DNA of 64,000 nt from contig OZ024743.1 of NCBI GenBank assembly GCA_964016885.1, forward strand, positions 95,914,001 through 95,978,000. Direction: 5' to 3'. The DNA is from Eledone cirrhosa (taxonomy: Eukaryota). Made by a program: the position numbers and the translations under genes. The first letter of the stretch is position 1; the number at the start of each line of letters is the position of its first letter. The notes under the pieces were generated by a model. That model saw only the letters and a list, made by a program, of their open reading frames with translations, made no database searches and was not told where the DNA came from. Positions 53,001 to 63,400 of this stretch are shown piece after piece.

Positions 53001-56000
53001 AGAGAAGGAAGGAATAGAACAGTGTAGGAAGAGATAGAGAAGGAAGGAATAGGAAAACGTAGGAAGAGATATAGAAGGAATGAATGGAAAGGCATAGGAA
53101 GAGATAGAGAAGGAAGATATAGAAAGGCGTAGGAAGAGATAGAGAAGCAAGGAATGGAAAGGCGTAGGAAGAGATAGAGAAGGAAGGAATGGAAAGGCAT
53201 AGGAAGAGATAGAGAAGGAAGGAATGGAAAGGCTTAGGAAGAGATAGAGAAGGAAGGAATAGAAAGGTGTAGGAAGAGATAGAGAAGGAGGAATAGAAAG
53301 GCGTAGGAAGAGATAGTGAAGGAAGGAATGGAAAGGTGTAGGAAGAGTTAGAGAAGGAAGGAATGGAAAGGCGTAGGAAAAGATAGAGAAGGAAGGAATA
53401 GAAAGGCGTAGGAAGAGATAGAGAAGGAAGTAATAGAAAGGCGTAGGAAGAGATAGAGAAGGAAAGAATAGAACAGCGTAGGAAGAGATAGAGAAGGAAG
53501 GAATAGAAAGGCGTAGGAAGAGATAGAGAAGGAAGGAATAGAAATGTGTAGGAAGAGATAGAGAAGGAAGGAATGGAAAGGCGTAGGAAGAGATAGAGAA
53601 GGAAGGTATAGAAAGGCGTAGAAAGAGATAGAGAAGGAAGGAATAGAAAGGCGTAGGAAGAGATAGAGAAGGAAGGAATGGAAAGGCGTAGGAAGAGATA
53701 GAGAAGGAGGAATAGAAAGGCGTAGGAAGAGATAGAGAAGGAAGGAATGGAAAGGTATAGGAAGAGTTAGAGAAGGAAGGAATGGAAAGGCGTAGGAAAA
53801 GATAGAGAAGGAAGGAATGGAAAGGCGTAGGAAGAGATAGAGAAGGAGGAATAGAAAGGCGTAGGAAGAGATAGAGAAGGAAGGAATGGAAAGGTATAGG
53901 AAGAGTATAGAGAAGGAAGGAATGGAAAGGCGTAGGAAAAGATAGAGAAGGAAGGAATAGAAAGGCGTAGGAAGAGATAGAGAAGGAAGGAATAGAAAGG
54001 TGTAGGAAGAGATAGAGAAGGAAGGAATGGAAAGGCGTAGGAAGAGATAGAAAAGGAAGGAATGGAAAGGTGTAGGAAGAGATAGAGAAGGAAGGAATGG
54101 AAAGGCTTAGGAAGAGATAGAGAAGGAAGGAATAGAAAGGTGTAGGAAGAGATAGAGAAGTAAGGTATAGAAAGGCGTAGGAAGAGATAGAGAAGGAAGG
54201 AATAGAAAGGCGTAGGAAGAGATAGAGAAGGAGGAATAGAAAGGCGTAGGAAGAGATAGAGAAGGAAGGAATGGAAAGGCGTAGGAAGAGAGAGAGAAGG
54301 AAGGAATGGAAAGGCGTAGGAAGAGATAGAGAAGGAAGGTATAGAAAGGCGTAGGAAGAGATAGAGAAGGAAGTAATAGAAAGGCGTAGGATGAGATAGA
54401 GAAGGAGGAATAGAAAGGCGTAGGAAGAGATAGAGAAGGAAGGAATGGAAAGGCGTAGGAAGAGATAGAAAAGGAAGGAATGGAAAGGTGTAGGAAGAGA
54501 TAGAGAAGGAAGGAATGGAAAGGCTTAGGAAGAGATAGAGAAGGAAGGAATAGAAAGGTGTAGGAAGAGATAGAGAAGGAAGGTATAGAAAGGCGTAGGA
54601 AGAGATAGAGAAGGAAGGAATAGAAAGGCGTAGGAAGAGATAGAGAAGGAGGAATAGAAAGGCGTAGGAAGAGATAGAGAAGGAGGAATAGAAAGGCGTA
54701 GGAAGAGATAGAGAAGGAAGGAATGGAAAGGCGTAGGAAGAGAGGGAGAAGGAAGGAATGGAAAGGCGTAGGAAGAGATAGAGAAGGAAGGTATAGAAAG
54801 GCGTAGGAAGAGATAGAGAAGGAAGTAATAGAAAGGCGTAGGATGAGATAGAGAAGGAGGAATAGAAAGGCGTAGGAAGAGATAGAGAAGGAACGAATAG
54901 AAAGGCGTAGGAAGAGATAGAGTAGGAAGTAATAGAACTGCCTAGGAAGAGATAGAGAAGGAAGGAATAGGAAAACGTAGGAAGAGATATAGAAGGAATG
55001 AATGGAAACGCATAGGAAGAGATAGAGAAGGAAGAAATAGAAAGGCGTAGGAAGAGATAGAGAAGCAAGGAATGGAAAGGCGTAGGAAGAGATTGAGAAG
55101 GAAGGAATGGAAAGGCATAGGAAGAGATAGAGAAGGAAGGAATGGAAAGGCGTAGGAAGTGATAGAGAAGGAAGGAATAGAAAGGCGTAGGAAGAGTTAG
55201 AGAAGGAAGGAATGGAAAGGCGTAGGAAGAGATAGAGAAGGAAGGAATAGAAAGGCGTAGGAAGAGATAGAGAAGCAAGGAATGGAAAGGCGTAGGAAGA
55301 GATAGAGAAGGAAGGAATGGAAAGGCATAGGAAGAGATAGAGAAGGAAGGAATGGAAAGGCTTAGGAAGAGATAGAGAAGGAAGGAATAGAAAGGTGTAG
55401 GAAGAGATAGAGAAGGAAGGTATAGAAAGGCGTAGGAAGAGATAGAGAAGCAAGGAAGGGAAAGGCATAGGAAAAGATAGAGAAGGAAGGAATAGAAAGG
55501 TGTAGGAAGAGATAGAGAAGGAAGGAATGGAAAGGTGTAGGAAGAGATAGAGAAGGAAGGAATAGAAATGTGTAGGAAGAGATAGAGAAGGAAGGAATAG
55601 AAAGGTGTAGGAAGAGATAGAGAAGGAAGGTATAGAAAGGCGTAGGAAGAGATAGAGAAGCAAGGAAGGGAAAGGCATAGGAAGAGATAGAGAAGGAAGG
55701 AATAGAAATGCGTAGGAAGAGATAGAGAAGGAAGGAATAGAAAGGCGTAGGAAGAGATAGAGAAGGAAGAAATAGAAAGGTGTAGGAAGAGATAGAGAAG
55801 GAGGAATAGAAAGGCGTAGGAAGAGATAGACAAGGAAGGAATAGAAAGGCGTAGGAAGAGATAGAGAAGGAAGGAATGGAAAGGCGTAGGAAGAGATAGA
55901 GAAGGAAGGAATAGAAAGGCGTAGGAAGAGATAGAGAAGGAAGGAATGGAAAGGTGTAGGAAGAGATAGAGAAGGAAGGAATGGAAAGGTGTAGGAAGAG

Positions 56001-59000
56001 ATAGAGAAGGAAGTAATGGAAAGGCGTAGGGGGAGATAGAGAAGGAAGGAATAGAAAGGCGTAGGAAGAGATAGAGAAGGAAGGAATGGAAAGGCGTAGG
56101 AAGAGATAGAGAAGGAAGGAATGGAAAGGCATAGGAAGAGATAGAGAAGGAAGGAATAGAAAGGTGTAGGAAGAGATAGAGAAGGAAGGAATAGAAAGGC
56201 GTAGGAAGAGATAGAGGAGGAAGGAATGGAAAGGCGTAGGAAGAGATAGAGAAGGAAGGAATGGAAAGGTGTAGGAAGAGATAGAGAAGGAAGTAATGGA
56301 AAGGCGTAGGAAGAGATAGAGAAGGAAGGAATGGAAAGGTGTAGGAAGAGATAGAGAAGGAAGGAATGGAAAGGCGTAGGAAGAGATAGAGAAGGAGGAA
56401 TAGAAAGGCGTAGGAAGAGATAGAGAAGGAAGGAATGGAAAGGTGTAGGAAGAGTTAGAGAAGGAAGGAATGGAAAGGCGTAGGAAGAGATAGAGAAGGA
56501 AGGAATGGAAAGGCGTAGGAAAAGATAGAGAAGGAGGAATAGAAAGGCGTAGGAAGAGATAGAGAAGGAAGGAATAGAAAGGCGTAGGAAGAGATAGAGA
56601 AGGAAGGAATAGAACAGTGTAGGAAGAGATAGAGAAGGAAGGAATAGGAAAACGTAGGAAGAGATATAGAAGGAATGAATGGAAAGGCATAGGAAGAGAT
56701 AGAGAAGGAAGATATAGAAAGGCGTAGGAAGAGATAGAGAAGCAAGGAATGGAAAGGCGTAGGAAGAGATAGAGAAGGAAGGAATGGAAAGGCATAGGAA
56801 GAGATAGAGAAGGAAGGAATGGAAAGGCTTAGGAAGAGATAGAGAAGGAAGGAATAGAAAGGTGTAGGAAGAGATAGAGAAGGAGGAATAGAAAGGCGTA
56901 GGAAGAGATAGTGAAGGAAGGAATGGAAAGGTGTAGGAAGAGTTAGAGAAGGAAGGAATGGAAAGGCGTAGGAAAAGATAGAGAAGGAAGGAATAGAAAG
57001 GCGTAGGAAGAGATAGAGAAGGAAGTAATAGAAAGGCGTAGGAAGAGATAGAGAAGGAAAGAATAGAACAGCGTAGGAAGAGATAGAGAAGGAAGGAATA
57101 GAAAGGCGTAGGAAGAGATAGAGAAGGAAGGAATAGAAATGTGTAGGAAGAGATAGAGAAGGAAGGAATGGAAAGGCGTAGGAAGAGATAGAGAAGGAAG
57201 GTATAGAAAGGCGTAGAAAGAGATAGAGAAGGAAGGAATAGAAAGGCGTAGGAAGAGATAGAGAAGGAAGGAATGGAAAGGCGTAGGAAGAGATAGAGAA
57301 GGAGGAATAGAAAGGCGTAGGAAGAGATAGAGAAGGAAGGAATGGAAAGGTATAGGAAGAGTTAGAGAAGGAAGGAATGGAAAGGCGTAGGAAAAGATAG
57401 AGAAGGAAGGAATGGAAAGGCGTAGGAAGAGATAGAGAAGGAGGAATAGAAAGGCGTAGGAAGAGATAGAGAAGGAAGGAATGGAAAGGTATAGGAAGAG
57501 TATAGAGAAGGAAGGAATGGAAAGGCGTAGGAAAAGATAGAGAAGGAAGGAATAGAAAGGCGTAGGAAGAGATAGAGAAGGAAGGAATAGAAAGGTGTAG
57601 GAAGAGATAGAGAAGGAAGGAATGGAAAGGCGTAGGAAGAGATAGAAAAGGAAGGAATGGAAAGGTGTAGGAAGAGATAGAGAAGGAAGGAATGGAAAGG
57701 CTTAGGAAGAGATAGAGAAGGAAGGAATAGAAAGGTGTAGGAAGAGATAGAGAAGTAAGGTATAGAAAGGCGTAGGAAGAGATAGAGAAGGAAGGAATAG
57801 AAAGGCGTAGGAAGAGATAGAGAAGGAGGAATAGAAAGGCGTAGGAAGAGATAGAGAAGGAAGGAATGGAAAGGCGTAGGAAGAGAGAGAGAAGGAAGGA
57901 ATGGAAAGGCGTAGGAAGAGATAGAGAAGGAAGGTATAGAAAGGCGTAGGAAGAGATAGAGAAGGAAGTAATAGAAAGGCGTAGGATGAGATAGAGAAGG
58001 AGGAATAGAAAGGCGTAGGAAGAGATAGAGAAGGAACGAATAGAAAGGCGTAGGAAGAGATAGAGTAGGAAGTAATAGAACTGCCTAGGAAGAGATAGAG
58101 AAGGAAGGAATAGGAAAACGTAGGAAGAGATATAGAAGGAATGAATGGAAACGCATAGGAAGAGATAGAGAAGGAAGGAATAGAAAGGCGTAGGAAGAGA
58201 TAGAGAAGCAAGGAATGGAAAGGCGTAGGAAGAGATTGAGAAGGAAGGAATGGAAAGGCATAGGAAGAGATAGAGACGGAAGGAATGGAAAGGCGTAGGA
58301 AGTGATAGAGAAGGAAGGAATAGAAAGGCGTAGGAAGAGTTAGAGAAGGAAGGAATGGAAAGGCGTAGGAAGAGATAGAGAAGGAAGGAATAGAAAGGCG
58401 TAGGAAGAGATAGAGAAGCAAGGAATGGAAAGGCGTAGGAAGAGATAGAGAAGGAAGGAATGGAAAGGCATAGGAAGAGATAGAGAAGGAAGGAATGGAA
58501 AGGCTTAGGAAGAGATAGAGAAGGAAGGAATAGAAAGGTGTAGGAAGAGATAGAGAAGAAAGGTATAGAAAGGCGTAGGAAGAGATAGAGAAGCAAGGAA
58601 GGGAAAGGTGTAGGAAGAGATAGAGAAGGAAGGAATAGAAATGCGTAGGAAGAGATAGAGAAGGAAGGAATAGAAAGGCGTAGGAAGAGATAGAGAAGGA
58701 AGGAATAGAAAGATGTAGGAAGAGATAGAGAAGGAAGGTATAGAAAGGCGTAGGAAGAGATAGAGAAGCAAGGAAGGGAAAGGCATAGGAAGAGATAGAG
58801 AAGGAAGGAATAGAAATGCGTAGGAAGAGATAGAGAAGGAAGGAATAGAAAGGCGTAGGAAGAGATAGAGAAGGAAGGAATAGAAAGGTGTAGGAAGAGA
58901 TAGAGAAGGAGGAATAGAAAGGCGTAGGAAGAGATAGACAAGGAAGGAATAGAAAGGCGTAGGAAGAGATAGAGAAGGAAGGAATGGAAAGGCGTAGGAA

Positions 59001-59300
59001 GAGATAGAGAAGGAAGGAATAGAAAGGCGTAGGAAGAGATAGAGAAGGAAGGAATGGAAAGGTGTAGGAAGAGATAGAGAAGGAAGGAATGGAAAGGTGT
59101 AGGAAGAGATAGAGAAGGAAGTAATGGAAAGGCGTAGGGGGAGATAGAGAAGGAAGGAATAGAAAGGCGTAGGAAGAGATAGAGAAGGAAGGAATGGAAA
59201 GGCGTAGGGAGAGATAGAGAAGGAAGGAATGGAAAGGCGTAGGAAGAGATAGAGAAGGAAGGAATGGAAAGGCATAGGAAGAGATAGAGAAGGAAGGAAT
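38100..59300. repeat. Homogeneous HOR domain, seven copies of a ~3.0-3.2 kb unit (~87-91 monomers) with length variants
   Basis: The ACTGCC marker (with upstream GAACGAATAG and GAGTAGGAAG variants) lies at 39337, 42373, 45548, 48725, 51342, 54937 and 58080. Spacings are 3036, 3175, 3177, 2617, 3595 and 3143. Co-occurring private variants are GATAGACAAGG, GTAGGGGGAG, GGAAACGCATAGG and the 36-bp GAGTATAGAG. Confidence 0.9.
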
Positions 59301-60469
59301 AGAAAGGCGTAGGAAGAGATAGAGAAGGAAGTAATGGAAAGGCGTAGGAAGAGATAGAGAAGGAAGGAATGGAAAGGTGTAGGAAGAGATAGAGAAGGAA
59401 GGAATGGAAAGGCGTTGGAAGAGATAGAGAAGGAGGAATAGAAAGGCGTAGGAAGAGATAGAGAAGGAAGGAATGGAAAGGTGTAGGAAGAGTTAGAGAA
59501 GGAAGGAATGGAAAGGCGTAGGAAGAGATAGAGAAGGAAGGAATGGAAAGGCGTAGGAAAATATAGAGAAGGAGGAATAGAATGGCGTAGGAAGAGATAG
59601 AGAAGGAAGGAATAGAAAGGCGTAGGAAGAGATAGAGAAGGAAGGAATAGAACAGTGTAGGAAGAGATAGAGAAGGAAGGAATAGAAAGGCGTAGGAAGA
59701 GATAGAGAAGGAAGGAATAGAAAGGTGTAGGAAGAGATAGAGAAGGAAGGAATGGAAAGGCGTAGGAAGAGATAGAGAAGGAAGGAATAGAAAGGCGTAG
59801 GAAGAGATAGAGAAGCAAGGAATGGAAAGGCTTAGGAAGAGATAGAGAAGGAAGGAATAGAAAGGCGTAGGAAGAGATAGAGAAGGAAGGAATGGAAAGG
59901 TGTAGGAAGAGATAGAGAAGGAAGGAATAGAAAGGCGTAGGAAGAGATAGAGAAGGAAGGAATGGAAAGGTGTAGGAAGAGATAGAGAAGGAAGGAATGG
60001 AAAGGCGTAGGAAGAGATAGAGAAGGAAGGAATAGAAAGGCGTAGGAAGAGATAGAGAAGCAAGGAATGGAAAGGCTTAGGAAGAGATAGAGAAGGAAGG
60101 AATAGAAAGGCGTAGGAAGAGATAGAGAAGGAAGGAATGGAAAGGTGTAGGAAGAGATAGAGAAGGAAGGAATAGAAAGGTGTAGGAAGAGATAGAGAAG
60201 GAAGGAATGGAAAGGCTTAGGAAGAGATAGAGAAGGAAGGAATAGAAAGGTGTAGGAAGAGATAGAGAAGGAAGGAATGGTAAGGCGTAGGAAGAGATAG
60301 AGAAGGAAGTAATAGAAAGGCGTAGGAAGAGATAGAGAAGGAAAGAATAGAACAGCGTAGGAAGAGATAGAGAAGGAAGGAATAGAAAGGTGTAGGAAGA
60401 GATAGAGAAGTACGGAATGGAAAGGCGTAGGAAGAGATAGAGAAGCAAGGAATGGAAAGGCTTAGGAAG

Positions 60470-63400
60470 AGATAGAGAAGGAAGGAATAGAAAGGCGTAG
60501 GAAGAGATAGAGAAGGAAGGAATGGAAAGGTGTAGGAAGAGATAGAGAAGGAAGGAATAGAAAGGTGTAGGAACAGATAGAGAAGGAAGGAATGGAAAGG
60601 CTTAGGAAGAGATAGAGAAGGAAGGAATAGAAAGGTGTAGGAAGAGATAGAGAAGGAAGGAATGGAAAGGCGTAGGAAGAGATAGAGAAGGAAGTAATAG
60701 AAAGGCGTAGGAAGAGATAGAGAAGGAAAGAATAGAACAGCGTAGGAAGAGATAGAGAAGGAAGGAATAGAAAGGTGTAGGAAGAGATAGAGAAGGAAGG
60801 AATGGAAAGGCGTAGGAAGAGATAGAGAAGGAGGAATAGAAAGGCGTAGGAAGAGATAGTGAAGGAAGGAATGGAAAGGTGTAGGAAGAGTTAGAGAAGG
60901 AAGGAATGGAAAGGTGTAGGAAGAGATAGAGAAGGAAGTAATAGAAAGGCGTAGGAAGAGATAGAGAAGGAAAGAATAGAACAGCGTAGGAGGAGATAGA
61001 GAAGGAAGGAATAGAAAGGCGTAGGAAGAGATAGAGAAGGAAGGAATAGAAATGTGTAGGAAGAGATAGAAAAGGAAGGAATGGAAAGGCGTAGGAAGAG
61101 ATAGAGAAGGAAAGAATAGAACAGCGTAGGAAGAGATAGAGAAGGAAGGAATAGAAAGGCGTAGGAAAAGATAGAGAAGGAAGGAATAGAAAGGCGTAGG
61201 AAGAGATAGAGAAGGAAGTAATAGAAAGGCGTAGGAAGAGATAGAGAAGGAAAGAATAGAAAGGCGTAGGAAGAGATAGAGAAGGAAGGAATAGAACAGT
61301 GTAGGAAGAGATAGAGAAGGAAGGAATGGAAAGGTGTAGGAAGAGTTAGAGAAGGAAGGAATGGAAAGGCGTAGGAAGAGATAGAGAAGGAAGGTATAGA
61401 AAGGCGTAGGAATAGATAGAGAAGGAAGGAATAGAAAGGCGTAGGAAGAGATAGAGAAGGAGGAATAGAAAGGCGTAGGAAGAGATAGAGAAGGAGGAAT
61501 AGAAAGGCGTAGGAAGAGATAGAGAAGGAAGTAATAGAACTGCCTAGGAAGAGATAGAGAAGGAAGGAATAGGAAAACGTAGGAAGAGATATAGAAGGAA
61601 TGAATGGAAAGGCATAGGAAGAGATAGAGAAGGAAGGAATAGAAAGGCGTAGGAAGAGATAGAGAAGCAAGGAATGGAAAGGCGTAGGAAGAGATAGAGA
61701 AGGAAGGAATGGAAAGGCATAGGAAGAGATAGAGAAGGAAGGAATGGAAAGGCGTAGGAAGTGATAGAGAAGGAAGGAATAGAAAGGCGTAGGAAGAGAT
61801 ATAGAAGGAATGAATTGAAAGGCGTAGGAAGAGATAGAGAAGGAAGGAATAGAAAGGCGTAGGAAGAGATAGAGAAGCAAGGAATGGAAAGGCGTAGGAA
61901 GAGATAGAGAAGGAAGGAATGGAAAGGCATAGGAAGAGATAGAGAAGGAAGGAATGGAAAGGCTTAGGAAGAGATAGAGAAGGAAGGAATAGAAAGGTGT
62001 AGGAAGAGATAGAGAAGGAAGGTATAGAAAGGCGTAGGAAGAGATAGAGAAGCAAGGAAGGGAAAGGCATAGGAAGAGATAGAGAAGGAAGGAATAGAAA
62101 GGCGTAGGAAGAGATAGAGAAGGAAGGAATGGAAAGGTGTAGGAAGAGATAGAGAAGGAAGGAATAGAAAGGTGTAGGAAGAGATAGAGAAGGAAGGAAT
62201 AGAAAGGTGTAGGAATAGATAGAGAAGGAAGGTATAGAAAGGCGTAGGAAGAGATAGAGAAGGAAGGAATAGAAAGGCGTAGGAAGAGATAGAGGAGGAA
62301 GGAATGGAAAGGCGTAGGAAGAGATAGAGAAGGAAGGAATAGAAAGGCGTAGGAAGAGATAGAGAAGGAAGGAATGGAAAGGTGTAGGAAGAGATAGAGA
62401 AGGAAGGAATAGAAAGGTGTAGGAACAGATAGAGAAGGAAGGAATGGAAAGGCTTAGGAAGAGATAGAGAAGGAAGGAATAGAAAAGTGTAGGAAGAGAT
62501 AGAGAAGGAAGGAATGGAAAGGCGTTGGAAGAGATAGAGAAGGAAGTAATAGAAAGGCGTAGGAAGAGATAGAGAAGGAAAGAATAGAACAGCGTAGGAA
62601 GAGATAGAGAAGGAAGGAATAGAAAGGTGTAGGAAGAGATAGAGAAGGAAGGAATGGAAAGGCGTAGGAAGAGATAGAGAAGGAGGAATAGAAAGGCGTA
62701 GGAAGAGATAGTGAAGGAAGGAATGGAAAGGTGTAGGAAGAGTTAGAGAAGGAAGGAATGGAAAGGTGTAGGAAGAGATAGAGAAGGAAGTAATAGAAAG
62801 GCGTAGGAAGAGATAGAGAAGGAAAGAATAGAACAGCGTAGGAAGAGATAGAGAAGGAAGGAATAGAAAGGCGTAGGAAGAGATAGAGAAGGAAGGAATA
62901 GAAATGTGTAGGAAGAGATAGAAAAGGAAGGAATGGAAAGGCGTAGGAAGAGATAGAGAAGGAAAGAATAGAACAGCGTAGGAAGAGATAGAGAAGGAAG
63001 GAATAGAAAGGCATAGGAAAAGATAGAGAAGGAAGGAATAGAAAGGCGTAGGAAGAGATAGAGAAGGAAGTAATAGAAAGGCGTAGGAAGAGATAGAGAA
63101 GGAAAGAATAGAAAGGCGTAGGAAGAGATAGAGAAGGAAGGAATAGAACAGTGTAGGAAGAGATAGAGAAGGAAGGAATGGAAAGGTGTAGGAAGAGTTA
63201 GAGAAGGAAGGAATGGAAAGGCGTAGGAAGAGATAGAGAAGGAAGGTATAGAAAGGCGTAGGAATAGATAGAGAAGGAAGGAATAGAAAGGCGTAGGAAG
63301 AGATAGAGAAGGAGGAATAGAAAGGCGTAGGAAGAGATAGAGAAGGAGGAATAGAAAGGCGTAGGAAGAGATAGAGAAGGAAGTAATAGAACTGCCTAGG

